From: an uncultured Bacilli bacterium
Lineage (GTDB): Bacteria; Bacillota_I; Bacilli_A; RF39; UBA660
Reading direction: 5' to 3'
Assembly (NCBI GenBank): GCA_910583745.1
Contig: CAJTZC010000007.1
Coordinates: 1,163-65,162 of the forward strand
DNA length: 64,000 nucleotides
Positions 20,311 through 30,227 of the stretch are shown one piece after another. Every line of letters starts with the position of its first letter. Position 1 is the first letter of the stretch. Both the position numbers and the translations under genes were made by a program. Below the pieces are notes generated by a model. It worked only from the letters and a program-made list of their open reading frames with translations, was not told the origin of the DNA and searched no databases.

Positions 20311-21819
20311 TCAATCCGTTTTATTTTGAAAAATTCCGTTTGGTGTCAGTGTGTAGACTTCTTCTGCGACTTCCTCGATGTATCTTCTGTCATGAGAAAC
20401 ACTGATAATCGTACCTTTGAATTCCTTGAGAGCTCTGTTTAAAACTGGTGCAGACAGCGGGCTCAGATTTCGCGTCGGTTCGTCTAGGATTAGGACGTTG
20501 CAGCGGTCTAGAGCTAATTTTGCCAAGAACAGCTTTGCTTTAGAGCCGTTACTCAAATTGCTGATTTTTCCGGTCGTCTCTTCAGCAGTAAAGTTCATGC
20601 TTCCTAGTCTGGTACGAGCGATGGTGACCTCTTCTTTATTGCGACCCTTTTTTATGAAATCTAATGCTGTGTCGAATTCATTTAAAATGCTTTCGTAGTC
20701 TTGTGGCATATAGCCGACGTTTATATCTGTGCGGTCTTTCAGCTTTTCATAGATCTTTTTTAGCAAGGTCGTCTTTCCTGTCCCGTTTTTACCTGTTATG
20801 CAGAGATGTGTATCTCCGACAATGTCAAAGGAAATGTTTTTTGCAAGAGTATGTCCAGCGATTTCTAAACGGGACAAGTCGATTCGTGCGACGATTTTCG
20901 ATTTTGGAATGTAGACATCGTCAAAAAAGAAATTGATGTTTTCTTCGACGGCTGGAACTTCTGTCAATTCTTTATCTGCGAGACGTTTTTCCTGCGCTTT
21001 TAATGTGTGCATTTTCTTTTTTAAGAGTTTTGCTCCGAATGGGTCTTGTCTAGAGATGGTATTTTGTCGATATTCGACTTTTTGCATAATCTGTCTAAGC
21101 TTTTCCTCTTTTTTCTCAAATTCCCTTTTTTCAGATTTTGCGAGTTGCGTCTGTTTAGCGAGCAGGGCCACTCTTTTTGCAACATAAGTGCGGTAATCTG
21201 TTCTCTCTAGAGTGTGTCGACATTGTGTTTTGTCGTCGATTTGCTCGATATGCAAAATGGCATTCGCCGTGTTCGATAAAAGCACTTCATCGTGGGAGAC
21301 GAAAATGATGGGCCGGGTGGTTTCATTTATAAATTTTTCGAGCCATTTTAAGGCGTCGAGGTCTAAATCATTCGTCGGTTCGTCTAGTAATAATATATCG
21401 CAGGCGTCTAAAAGTATTTTTAAAATTCCGATTTTGACTTTTTCTCCTCCTGAAAGTTCATCTAGTCTTCTTTCAAGTAGTTCGATGCCGAGGTCCATCT
21501 CTTTCGCGTGACTATATAGTTCTGCAATTTTGGCGTAATATTCGTTTTCATTTTCAAACAGATAGTCGAACACTTTTTTTTCGATATTTTTTTTCGATAT
21601 CGTCTGCTCTAGGTATCCAATAGAGTGACTTTTAAAATCGATGTGACCTTGTATTTCTGCATGTTTACACTCTCCTATCAGCGCTTTTAAAAGTGTCGAT
21701 TTTCCGTTTCCTTCTTCCCCTATTATCGCTAATTTATCTCCCTTGTCTAAAGTAAAAGAGAGATTTTCAATGAGTTTTCTGTCCAAAATAGATATGGACA
21801 AGTTTTTAATTTCTAACAT
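20311..21819 (-). CDS. ABC-F family ATPase (tandem ABC domains, no TM)
   Basis: 502-aa protein. It has two Walker A sites (GEEGNGKST, GKNGTGKTT) and two signature motifs (LSGGEKVK, LSNGSKAK) separated by a charged linker. Confidence 0.85.
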   Translation of the reverse strand: MLEIKNLSISILDRKLIENLSFTLDKGDKLAIIGEEGNGKSTLLKALIGECKHAEIQGHIDFKSHSIGYLEQTISKKNIEKKVFDYLFENENEYYAKIAELYSHAKEMDLGIELLERRLDELSGGEKVKIGILKILLDACDILLLDEPTNDLDLDALKWLEKFINETTRPIIFVSHDEVLLSNTANAILHIEQIDDKTQCRHTLERTDYRTYVAKRVALLAKQTQLAKSEKREFEKKEEKLRQIMQKVEYRQNTISRQDPFGAKLLKKKMHTLKAQEKRLADKELTEVPAVEENINFFFDDVYIPKSKIVARIDLSRLEIAGHTLAKNISFDIVGDTHLCITGKNGTGKTTLLKKIYEKLKDRTDINVGYMPQDYESILNEFDTALDFIKKGRNKEEVTIARTRLGSMNFTAEETTGKISNLSNGSKAKLFLAKLALDRCNVLILDEPTRNLSPLSAPVLNRALKEFKGTIISVSHDRRYIEEVAEEVYTLTPNGIFQNKTD

Positions 21820-21989
21820 TTTTATGCCTCCTAATTTGTGGCATAATTTTAAAGTATATGCCTAACTTATTGTTGGCATTCTCATGTTCCCACCTCCGTG
21901 CGTTTTATTTTTTTCTTATTGGCATCTCTAAAAACCATCAACAGTATAGTCATTTCTTATTTATTTTATGAAATGTTAAGTGACTTAAT

Positions 21990-22025
21990 AAGAAAAATCC
22001 ACGAAACACTTGAGGCTTCGAGGAT
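21990..22025 (-). terminator. terminator downstream of rpsI
   Basis: Hairpin AAUCCUCGAAG...UUUCGUGGAUU followed by UUUUU in minus-strand sense. Confidence 0.45.
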
Positions 22026-22042
22026 TTATATTGTACGTAATA

Positions 22043-22465
22043 CTATCTCTTACTAAATTGTGGTGCTCTACGCGCTTTTTTAAGACCTGGTTTTTTACGT
22101 TCTTTAATTCTAGAATCTCTAGTAATAAATCCTTCAGCCTTCAAAAGTTTACGATATGAGTCTTCTCTGGTTTGGTCTGTTTCTGAATCATATGCAAGTA
22201 AGCATTTTGTGATTCCTAGTCTGATTGCGCCTGTTTGACCATTGAAACCGCCGCCTTTGACAGTTACATCGATGTCAAAAGTGTTTTCGTTATTTGTGAT
22301 TACGAGTGGTTGGCGTAAGTCCATGACTAAAGTAGCAAAAGGCATGTATTCGTTTACATCTTGTCCATTTACTGTTATTTTACCAGAACCTGATACCATT
22401 CTAACTTGAGCAATGGCTTGTTTTCTACGTCCTGTAGCTGTTATAACTTTCTTATTCATAAACAC
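22043..22465 (-). CDS. rpsI: ribosomal protein S9
   Basis: C-terminus KKARRAPQFSKR. The track ORF begins with GTG read as M; the true start is probably the third codon (MNKKVITATGRRK, ATG near 22459). Confidence 0.9.
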   Translation of the reverse strand: MFMNKKVITATGRRKQAIAQVRMVSGSGKITVNGQDVNEYMPFATLVMDLRQPLVITNNENTFDIDVTVKGGGFNGQTGAIRLGITKCLLAYDSETDQTREDSYRKLLKAEGFITRDSRIKERKKPGLKKARRAPQFSKR

Positions 22466-22469
22466 CCTC

Positions 22470-22901
22470 CTATCGTACGCTTATCTTCTCAGGCTTTTGT
22501 GCCATTTGTTCGTGCTCACTTCCAGCATAAACAAATAACTTCTTGCCCATTTGACGGCCAAGTCTTCCATGTGGAAGCATACCTTTGATCGCTCTTTCTA
22601 CCATTTCTTCTGGATAGTTTTCAACCATCTCTTTCGCAGTTCTCTCGCGAAGTCCTCCTGGGAATCCTGAGTGGTTGTAATACATCTTGTCTTCTAACTT
22701 TTTACCCGTTAATTTGATTTTAGACGCATTGATTACGATTACATAATCTCCTGTATCTACGTGTGGAGTGTATGTAACCTTGTGTTTACCTCTTAGTATC
22801 GTCGCTGCTTTCGTTGCAAGACGTCCTAAAGTCTCGCCTTCTGCATCGATTAGATACCATTTACGGTCAATGTTTTCTTTTTTTTGCATAAATGTTTCCA
22901 T
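22470..22901 (-). CDS. rplM: ribosomal protein L13
   Basis: The probable start is [28 protein letters not shown]. The track ORF begins 15 codons upstream at a GTG. The sequence aligns to B. subtilis L13. Confidence 0.88.
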   Translation of the reverse strand: METFMQKKENIDRKWYLIDAEGETLGRLATKAATILRGKHKVTYTPHVDTGDYVIVINASKIKLTGKKLEDKMYYNHSGFPGGLRERTAKEMVENYPEEMVERAIKGMLPHGRLGRQMGKKLFVYAGSEHEQMAQKPEKISVR

Positions 22902-23107
22902 AATTCTTTTCCTTTCACCGACTTTAAAATTCTCGAAACTTCCCACATTCCTAAAATTTTTGCAGTCAAATAAAATGTACCGATTAAAATTATATGAGAA
23001 AATACCTTAAAAGTCAACACAATATTTGAGCTTCAAGGTGTTTTTATATAATCTGTTTTACCAATTTAGTAAAAAAGACGAAAAAAACTCCTGCGAGAGA
23101 TTTTGGA

Positions 23108-23833
23108 TTAGTAGATAAGATCAACTAGGTAGAGACCACTTGCGGGTGCTGGGCTATACTCGACCACTTTTTTTCCTGTTTCTAACATTTTTGCAATCGC
23201 CTCTTTCTCTAAAACACCGCTTCCCACGAGGACCAAAGTCGCGACGATATTTCTCACCATGTAAGTATAGAATGCTTTTCCTTTTATATAGATTTCTATC
23301 GTGTCAGAAGTTTTCATTATTTCAATGGAATCGATAATGCTGTCGCAGGTATCGTGTTTTCCTGTGACAAAGGCTCTGTAATTGTGGGGGCCTAATAATA
23401 TGGACGATGCCTCTTTCATCTTATCCATATTTAAAGGTTTGTTGTAGTTGAAAACGTAGTCGTTTTTGATGGGGTCGTATGATCCTATGTTGATTGTGTA
23501 TTTGTATGTTTTCTTTTTGATGGAAAACCTCGCGTGAAAGTTTTCGTCGTCGATGTATTCACAAGATTTGACATATAAATATGGCGACGTGGAGCGATTT
23601 AAGTATCCTTTCAGTTTGTACGGGTCTATATTTTTTTGTAGTTCGAATGAACAGACTTGGTTTATGGCGTGAACTCCCTTATCCGTTCTTCCTGAAGAGA
23701 CGACTTTTACCGGTTGTTCATTGCACATTTCTAGAACTTTTTCGAGTTCGCCTTGGATAGTATTTTCGTTTTTTAGTTTTTGAAGCCCGTGGTATTTTGA
23801 GCCGTCATATGAAATCGTTATTTTGTATTTCAT
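23108..23833 (-). CDS. truA: tRNA pseudouridine(38-40) synthase
   Basis: 241-aa protein beginning MKYKITISYDGSKYHGLQ, with the catalytic motif SGRTDKGVHA. Confidence 0.9.
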   Translation of the reverse strand: MKYKITISYDGSKYHGLQKLKNENTIQGELEKVLEMCNEQPVKVVSSGRTDKGVHAINQVCSFELQKNIDPYKLKGYLNRSTSPYLYVKSCEYIDDENFHARFSIKKKTYKYTINIGSYDPIKNDYVFNYNKPLNMDKMKEASSILLGPHNYRAFVTGKHDTCDSIIDSIEIMKTSDTIEIYIKGKAFYTYMVRNIVATLVLVGSGVLEKEAIAKMLETGKKVVEYSPAPASGLYLVDLIY

Positions 23834-24474
23834 CGACGCTTCACATCTCGATAAATTGCTTTTAGCAAATCGCTTGGGTCTTTATATTTGTGGAGGTCTG
23901 CTCCTCGCTTGTTAGCCATTTCTGCAAATTTTCCGGTTTCAGTTAGATCGGGCATGGCGGAGAAATCTTTGTTGTTGTACGTAATTTTATTGTCCTTTAT
24001 AATGATGTATTTGTCGGAGTAATTTACGATGTTGTCGAGTTTGTTCGTCGTAAATAAAATGTTTTGTCCACTCGCTTTGGCATGGGAGCGCATCTTTTTT
24101 AAGACAGTGTTAAGGTCTTTCCAATTTAGAACTGAATCGATAGAGTCAAGCACGATGACGCGAGCGTCGGATACACAAACTTTGATTATTAAAATTTTTA
24201 AAAGTTCGCTTTCCGATAGAGTTCCAAGTTTTCTCTTTTGTAATTCTTTGCTTATTTCAAATTCTAAAAGCAATTCTGGAATGAATTTTTTTCTATCCCG
24301 GTGCGTTTTCAGCTTTAGAAACCACATCACGGGAAGGTTTTTGTTGTAAGTCAGTGTTCGTATATCGGGAATCGTGTTGTCGAGAAAAGATCCATCTTCG
24401 TCATATACTCCAGACAATTCATTCGTGTTGTATATTTTGTCGTCTAGTCTAAAGCTCGAATATTTTATTTCCAT
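23830..24474 (-). CDS. degenerate ABC-ATPase-like protein lacking Walker A
   Basis: 214-aa protein. It has signature-like LSESELLKILIIKV, Walker-B-like RVIVLDSID and an H-loop region FTTNKLDN. No P-loop is present. Confidence 0.5.
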   Translation of the reverse strand: MEIKYSSFRLDDKIYNTNELSGVYDEDGSFLDNTIPDIRTLTYNKNLPVMWFLKLKTHRDRKKFIPELLLEFEISKELQKRKLGTLSESELLKILIIKVCVSDARVIVLDSIDSVLNWKDLNTVLKKMRSHAKASGQNILFTTNKLDNIVNYSDKYIIIKDNKITYNNKDFSAMPDLTETGKFAEMANKRGADLHKYKDPSDLLKAIYRDVKRR

Positions 24475-25250
24475 ATTGTCTTCACCAACTTTTCCATGTC
24501 TGTATATAGTTTTTTCAAAATTTCATAGTGTCCCAGTTCGATGCTCAGTTCGACGGCAAGGGGTAAGCGGAAGCCTAACCTTTTTAATAAAGTATCTGTC
24601 TTTAACACAGAGTTCGTACTTCCTTCTAAGATGAGTACGAAATTTTCTAAGACATATAATTTGTTGCCATAGATGGCTTGGTTTAAATCCGTCGTGACAT
24701 TGAGTACGGTGATTTTATTTTTCTTTACGAACTCGAAAAATTTTTCTAAATCGCTTTTATAGAGGTTTGCGAGGACATTGTCTAGAGCGAGGACTTTCGG
24801 CTCGACGATTAAAAAACGCAGTACCTTGATGAGGTTTTTTTGCCTCTTATTTAACTCTTTTATCTTTGTCTCCAAGAGATTTTCTATATCGAAAAATTTG
24901 CTGAGGCGATTGATACGCAAGTCGATTTCTCCCTGTGAAAGTCCGATGCGTTCGATATACTTTTTTAACTCGTCGACGACTGTCTCACAGGTTAAAGGTA
25001 AATCGAAAATGACGATTATCTCTTTTTGCAGTTCTCTCACATCGTGTTTCTTAATGTTAATGCCTTTATAATAAAGAGAATCGTTCGGCAGGCGTTTGCA
25101 CAACATCTTTAGTAAAGTCGTCTTTCCACTTCCCGAAGGACCTATCAATGTGACGATGTCTTCTTCTAATATTTCCATGTTAAAATCGACAAATGCATTC
25201 GTGTTATTGTAAGCAAAATTTGTGTTTCTAAATTCTATCAACTTCTCCAT
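24465..25250 (-). CDS. ABC ATPase with intact Walker A but degenerate signature and Walker B
   Basis: 261-aa protein with GPSGSGKTTLLKML. The signature motif is replaced by LNKRQKNLIK. Walker B reads VLALDN (D-N instead of D-E). Confidence 0.6.
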   Translation of the reverse strand: MEKLIEFRNTNFAYNNTNAFVDFNMEILEEDIVTLIGPSGSGKTTLLKMLCKRLPNDSLYYKGINIKKHDVRELQKEIIVIFDLPLTCETVVDELKKYIERIGLSQGEIDLRINRLSKFFDIENLLETKIKELNKRQKNLIKVLRFLIVEPKVLALDNVLANLYKSDLEKFFEFVKKNKITVLNVTTDLNQAIYGNKLYVLENFVLILEGSTNSVLKTDTLLKRLGFRLPLAVELSIELGHYEILKKLYTDMEKLVKTIWK

Positions 25251-25287
25251 AATGTACCTCTTTTTTACTGTATATTATACCATATAT

Positions 25288-25926
25288 TTATCTATATATT
25301 AAAGTTATTTTCTTGTTTTTTACCGCGATGATTTCTTCGTCTTTTAGATTTTTGATTTCTCTCATCATGGCACTTCTATCGACAGAGAGATATTCTGCAA
25401 GCATGGTAAATGTGAATGGCAAATCTATCGTATTCGAAGCTTGCTCTTTTTCCAAAATGTGAAAGTACTCTAAGAGCTTTTCGCGAATTGTCCTTTTATT
25501 TAAAACTTCGATTCTGCGATTGTAACTGTTAACCTTTTTTACGAGAATTTCAATCATGTTTTCGATGATGGTTTCTCGGTTGAGAAGACGCAATCCCGAT
25601 TTTCCGATGAGACGGTCGTATTCTACAAACAGGACTTCGCAATCTGTCGTCGAGATGACGGACAGCTCTTCGTTCATGTAGTCGGAAAAGCAACCTCCAA
25701 ATAAATCGTTTTTTTCTAGTTCGGCGACGATGGTGCGATTGCCGTTGTAATCTATTCTTATGAGAGAGGAAGAACCCTCGACGAGTATGCCGACATCGCT
25801 CGCATTGTTCAAATTTGACAGAATTGTCATGTCTTTTTTAAACGAAACTTTTCGACCGTTAAGACTTTTAATCGTCGCTTCTATTTCGTCTTCGGGAATG
25901 TTTTTAAATAGACTTATCTCTCTCAT
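25288..25926 (-). CDS. Crp/Fnr-family transcriptional regulator
   Basis: 212-aa protein with an N-terminal cNMP-binding-like beta-roll and a C-terminal HTH (LPFTFTMLAEYLSVDRSAMMREIKNLKDE). Confidence 0.7.
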   Translation of the reverse strand: MREISLFKNIPEDEIEATIKSLNGRKVSFKKDMTILSNLNNASDVGILVEGSSSLIRIDYNGNRTIVAELEKNDLFGGCFSDYMNEELSVISTTDCEVLFVEYDRLIGKSGLRLLNRETIIENMIEILVKKVNSYNRRIEVLNKRTIREKLLEYFHILEKEQASNTIDLPFTFTMLAEYLSVDRSAMMREIKNLKDEEIIAVKNKKITLIYR

Positions 25927-26022
25927 CAGTACTCTCCCCTATAAATTAAGTATAATAGGGCTTGCGAGATAATGCAATATCTTTTTTGTTAAAATTATGT
26001 TATTATGAGATTGGTGATGTAT

Positions 26023-27744
26023 ATGAAAATCGTCAAACGGGATGGACGCACGGTCGAATACAACAGCGATAAAATTCGTGTCGCGATTGGGAAAGCGAAT
26101 TGTGAAGTCAGTGAACAAGAGAGATTGAGCGACGAGGGTATCAACTCTATCATCGATTATATAGAATCTTTAGATAGAAAGCGCATGCTCGTCGAGGATA
26201 TACAGGATATTATAGAAGAAAAAATCATGGAGATGGGAAAATACAGTCTCGCGAAAAAGTATATTATTTACAGATATAAACGCTCTGTCATCAGACAGAC
26301 CAATACGACCGACGCATCGATTTTAGCTATATTAAAAAACAATTCTTATGGCGACGGAGAATGTTTGGTCGTGAATAGGCAGCGAGATGTCATGGCTGGC
26401 GAGGCGAGCAAGGATTTGGCTTATAGATTGTTGTTGCCTCAAAATGTCGTCGCGGCCGAAAAGGAGAATCGCATCAAATTTTGTAATGTCGAGTATTTTA
26501 CTGAGCCGAGCATCGAAAGTGTCAAAGTCAATTTGCAAGATATGTTCGAGAAGGGCACGGTTATAAATGGAGTAAAAATTGACGAGCCTAAGAGTTTCCA
26601 ATCGGCGTGTAATGTGCTCGTCGAAATTATCTCTTCCCTTTCGTTTTGTCAAAACGGAAGCATCTATGTCGATTTGAAAGATTTGTTCAAATATTACAAT
26701 ATGTCGTATGAAAAAAAGTACGAAATTTACAAGTCTTTAATGAGAGATACGCTTACGAATGAACAGATTTGCGCAGTCACGGAGACACAAGTTTTCTTGG
26801 AAGTGAAATCGGGTATTCAGACTATCTTCTATCAGACGAATACGATTCCGCTTTCTAATGGACTCGAACCGCAAGTGTATTTCTTGATAGACCAAAAGGA
26901 TATTACCTGCCAAGCGGAGGAGAAAATCGTCTTCGAATTTATACGTCAGAAAACTTTGGGAATAAAGGATGAGAAGGACAATTATCGTATCACGCGATAT
27001 CCTATGGTCATCTACTCTCTCGACGAGGGGTATGAGAACAGTGCGTGTGGTTATTTGGCGAGTGAACTTTTAAACTCTGAAGCAGATTATATCGTCATGA
27101 ATGAAAAAAGATTTAACGATTTTAGAAAGACCTGCGAGAGATTTAATCAGGGTTCCATTATTTTGAATTTGGCTAACTTAGCTCTCTTGGCGAAAAAAGA
27201 TGATGATGAAGACTTCTTATCGTTATTAGAAGAAAATCTCGGCTATTGTTATGAAGGGTTCTTATGTAGAAATCACAATCTACAAGGCGTGTACAGCGAT
27301 AAGAGTCCTCTACATTGGAGGCATGGGGCGATTGCAAGGCTCGATTCGATGGAAAAGATAGATTCTTATTTACGTAGAGAGTATTCGACTTTGACTTTGG
27401 TCGTCGCGGGGTTCGAGGCCTGTGTCAAGATATTGGGCGAAGAATACAAGACAAAAATACGCGACCTCATCGTGAAAACTTTAAAGATGTGGAACAACGA
27501 CAATTCTTTTGAAATCGTGTTGTCGAATTACTTTGAAGAAGGTGTTCTCGAGAAGATGTATTTAAAGGATGAAAGTGAACTAAAAAAATATGGCATTGCA
27601 TCTCTTTTGGATACTGCGGAATTTATGAATAATGAGTATTTCAAAAATGGAAATCTCTACCTTTGCATTAAGGACAAATCCATTCTTTTCGAAAAAGGGA
27701 TTTTGGAGAGTCATTGGATTATAAAAAAGTCTTCTAGCGAGTAG
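26023..27744 (+). CDS. NrdD-like (class III RNR homologue) ATP-cone protein lacking the glycyl-radical C-terminus; probable pseudo-enzyme
   Basis: ATP-cone MKIVKRDGRTVEYNSDKIRVAI. RQRDVMAGEASKDLAYRLLLPQNVVAAEKENRIKFCNVEYF aligns with E. coli NrdD TQRDLLAGIVAKHYARQHLLPRDVVQAHERGDIHYHDLDY, with HYHDLD degenerated. IDEPKSFQSACNVLVEI aligns with IEPPKSISTATAVTAQI. There is no RVCGY and no CxxC...CxxC. The RBS GGTGA sits 5 nt before the ATG at 26023; the track ORF starts at 26005. Confidence 0.65.
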   Translation: MKIVKRDGRTVEYNSDKIRVAIGKANCEVSEQERLSDEGINSIIDYIESLDRKRMLVEDIQDIIEEKIMEMGKYSLAKKYIIYRYKRSVIRQTNTTDASILAILKNNSYGDGECLVVNRQRDVMAGEASKDLAYRLLLPQNVVAAEKENRIKFCNVEYFTEPSIESVKVNLQDMFEKGTVINGVKIDEPKSFQSACNVLVEIISSLSFCQNGSIYVDLKDLFKYYNMSYEKKYEIYKSLMRDTLTNEQICAVTETQVFLEVKSGIQTIFYQTNTIPLSNGLEPQVYFLIDQKDITCQAEEKIVFEFIRQKTLGIKDEKDNYRITRYPMVIYSLDEGYENSACGYLASELLNSEADYIVMNEKRFNDFRKTCERFNQGSIILNLANLALLAKKDDDEDFLSLLEENLGYCYEGFLCRNHNLQGVYSDKSPLHWRHGAIARLDSMEKIDSYLRREYSTLTLVVAGFEACVKILGEEYKTKIRDLIVKTLKMWNNDNSFEIVLSNYFEEGVLEKMYLKDESELKKYGIASLLDTAEFMNNEYFKNGNLYLCIKDKSILFEKGILESHWIIKKSSSE

Positions 27745-29596
27745 AAGACTTCTTTTTGTTTTGGTTTAGTAGCGCTAAGGTCATCGGCAATGTCGATATA
27801 AATGGAAGTGCATATCTGAAATAAGCATTTGCAGGGCTTGCGACGCATACTAGAATTAATGAAAGTGCGGGCAAGAGGACCAAAATCCATTTTTTGTTCT
27901 TATTTACTAAGAGGCAGCCGACTAAGTACATATAGAACCAGACGGTGAAACCGATGTTGACATATAGTCCTAGAAGTGGGAAATACTGATAGGCGTTTCC
28001 GAATCCGGCAAGTGCAGTTCTAAGACCAGAAAGAGCATTAAAATGATAGTCGAAACCTGCTTCTTCTAATTTTGTGTTGTAATCTGCGTAGAGATACCAA
28101 CGTACTGTATTTGGGTAGAAGTAGCCGTACATGTTGTTTATGGTTGCATCGATGTAGATTATCGGCCTTTTTAGCAGATACTTGAACCACATGGCAAAGT
28201 ATTCTTTCAATTCCTCATCTGTGGTGTATTTGTTATAGGTATTTTTGACTCGATCTGCCAGTTCAGGGTCATATTCTTTTTTTATCGTCTCATAATTTAA
28301 AATTTTTGCGATAAGTTCTTTATCTTTTTCTTCGATAATGTCTTCGTCTTTTTGTATAAGAGCCGCGGTTTGTTGAAATGGTATCGATAAAACTTCGCGT
28401 ATGCTGGTCGGGGTTATTTTGAGCGTCGGCAAGAGGACTTTTGAATATCCTAAATAACTTAAGAGGACTGTAGCGAGGACGACAGCGGTCGCTTTTCGAT
28501 TCTCTTTTACGATGAAGCAGAATGGTAAACTCAGCAGTATGGTGTATATACCATTGTTTCGAGAGAGAAATAAGAATATAGAAATCCCTATCATTGCAAG
28601 GACGTTTTTACGGTCGTATTTGTGTTTTATGAGCTCGTAAAGTTTTATCGTATATAACATTATCCATAGAGTGAAGAATGTATCTTTGTTTGTCGATAAG
28701 GAATAAAACGGAAAGATAGGTACGAGTGCATAGACTCCGATGATGAATAACAGTATCTTGTTCGGTACTCCCTCTCTTTTGAGAAATTTTATCGAATAAG
28801 CAAGAGTGCAAATCATGCAGGTTATTTGTATGGCACTGTAGAGGAAAAGACCTAAGTTGACATTCTCTATCGTGACACCAAGTTTAAAGCAACCGCCTAA
28901 CAACAAAGTGTGTATAATCGGATTGAAATTTGTGATGGTCACCGTAGGGTCTAACATGATGACACTGTCCCAATATCTATTGTGTATACCCATGAATTCT
29001 TTTATCTGATTCGCTGGGTCGTAACCCATGACAGCGGGATAAAAGGCTATTATATAAGGAAGATAGCAAACGAGTAGCGCGATGCACGTAAATTTAAATG
29101 GGTGTTTATCTAAGTAATCGGTAAATTTTGAACCTTTGAATTCGCCAACTTTGCATGCTATCATTTTGTCATATAACACATTTAAGGCAGTATATATTAA
29201 AGGATAGAGACCTATAAATTTGGCGATTGAAATGATTAAGAAAGCTGCATTTCCGTATACGAGATAGGCCCCGTCCGTCGTATCGAAACTGTAACCGAAT
29301 ATCAACAATAAGGTAAACATCGTACTCAGTACTTTAAAAGGCATTCTCGATTTGTTTTGTCCTTTAAATTTTTGGTAAAAAAGATATATGGCAAAGGTTA
29401 CAATCGCATACACCAGTATATCGACATCGTGTCTCGTGTATACGATTATTTTCTTCGGGTCTAATTTAAACATCAGAGCAAAGCAGCCGCATATTGCAAG
29501 GAATAGATATAGAGGTGTTTTAAGCTTTTTTGCTATTTCTGTTTTTTTTACATTTTTTTTCATATGTTTCCTCTTTTCTTGTTTTAAGTATAGCAC
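27734..29596 (-). CDS. large polytopic membrane protein, possibly a GT-C-type glycosyltransferase-like protein
   Basis: 620-aa protein with more than 12 hydrophobic helices spread along its whole length. No soluble catalytic motif was recognised. Confidence 0.35.
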   Translation of the reverse strand: MLYLKQEKRKHMKKNVKKTEIAKKLKTPLYLFLAICGCFALMFKLDPKKIIVYTRHDVDILVYAIVTFAIYLFYQKFKGQNKSRMPFKVLSTMFTLLLIFGYSFDTTDGAYLVYGNAAFLIISIAKFIGLYPLIYTALNVLYDKMIACKVGEFKGSKFTDYLDKHPFKFTCIALLVCYLPYIIAFYPAVMGYDPANQIKEFMGIHNRYWDSVIMLDPTVTITNFNPIIHTLLLGGCFKLGVTIENVNLGLFLYSAIQITCMICTLAYSIKFLKREGVPNKILLFIIGVYALVPIFPFYSLSTNKDTFFTLWIMLYTIKLYELIKHKYDRKNVLAMIGISIFLFLSRNNGIYTILLSLPFCFIVKENRKATAVVLATVLLSYLGYSKVLLPTLKITPTSIREVLSIPFQQTAALIQKDEDIIEEKDKELIAKILNYETIKKEYDPELADRVKNTYNKYTTDEELKEYFAMWFKYLLKRPIIYIDATINNMYGYFYPNTVRWYLYADYNTKLEEAGFDYHFNALSGLRTALAGFGNAYQYFPLLGLYVNIGFTVWFYMYLVGCLLVNKNKKWILVLLPALSLILVCVASPANAYFRYALPFISTLPMTLALLNQNKKKSSTR

Positions 29597-29635
29597 GATT
29601 GGAAAAAACCTAAAAGAAAAAGTAGCAAAAAAATG

Positions 29636-29941
29636 CTACTCGACTATTCTAATGATTATTTCTCCATTTTTTGAATATAGGTATTTTTCTCTTGCAAATC
29701 TCGCGATGTAATCCGGATCTTGAAGTTTTACTATGTCTCCGGACAGAGTCTCTTCTTCTTCTAGAAGGTCTGTATATTTTTCTTCTAGTTCAGCTTTCGA
29801 TTGGTAATTGGCAAATATTTTTGGCCAGTAATAATACATTTTGCAGCCGAATAGAGATAGCAATCCGACGATGACAAGCAAGTACATTTTCATTCTTCTT
29901 TTTTCTTTTCTCGTTCTTTTCATATCCAGCCTCCCTTGCAT
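29636..29941 (-). CDS. divIC: septum formation initiator, DivIC/FtsB family
   Basis: 101-aa protein with an N-terminal TM, a coiled coil, and the conserved DPDYIARFAREKYLYSKNGEII end motif. Confidence 0.8.
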   Translation of the reverse strand: MQGRLDMKRTRKEKRRMKMYLLVIVGLLSLFGCKMYYYWPKIFANYQSKAELEEKYTDLLEEEETLSGDIVKLQDPDYIARFAREKYLYSKNGEIIIRIVE

Positions 29942-29948
29942 TATAGCA

Positions 29949-30227
29949 TTAAGACTTTTTGTGTTTCAACAGTTTGATTTTTGTTTTTATAAACTTTACA
30001 CAAATTTTACTGGTCACGAGGCCCGATAAAAAAGTGGCTATAAAATAGATGTGAAATTTTCCATCGTTGAGATGATATAAAATGAACATGAAAATGGCAG
30101 TCATCAGTGGAAAGATTATATAGCATAGAAGAGATTTTTTTCTAAGGAAAAATTCATACGTTGTCATCAAAATGAAACCGAATAGAAAGAAAGCTAAAAA
30201 CGACAGGAGTTGTATGTGAACTGTCAT
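29949..30227 (-). CDS. yabQ: YabQ-like small membrane protein (spore cortex biosynthesis)
   Basis: 92-aa protein with 3 TMs, sitting between yabP and divIC as in B. subtilis. Confidence 0.55.
   Translation of the reverse strand: MTVHIQLLSFLAFFLFGFILMTTYEFFLRKKSLLCYIIFPLMTAIFMFILYHLNDGKFHIYFIATFLSGLVTSKICVKFIKTKIKLLKHKKS

Noticed and set aside
26005-27744. Calling the 579-aa protein a functional anaerobic ribonucleotide reductase
   Set aside because: It lacks the glycyl-radical motif, the C-terminal zinc ribbon and the HYHDLD-region residues. It is called an NrdD-like pseudo-enzyme instead.
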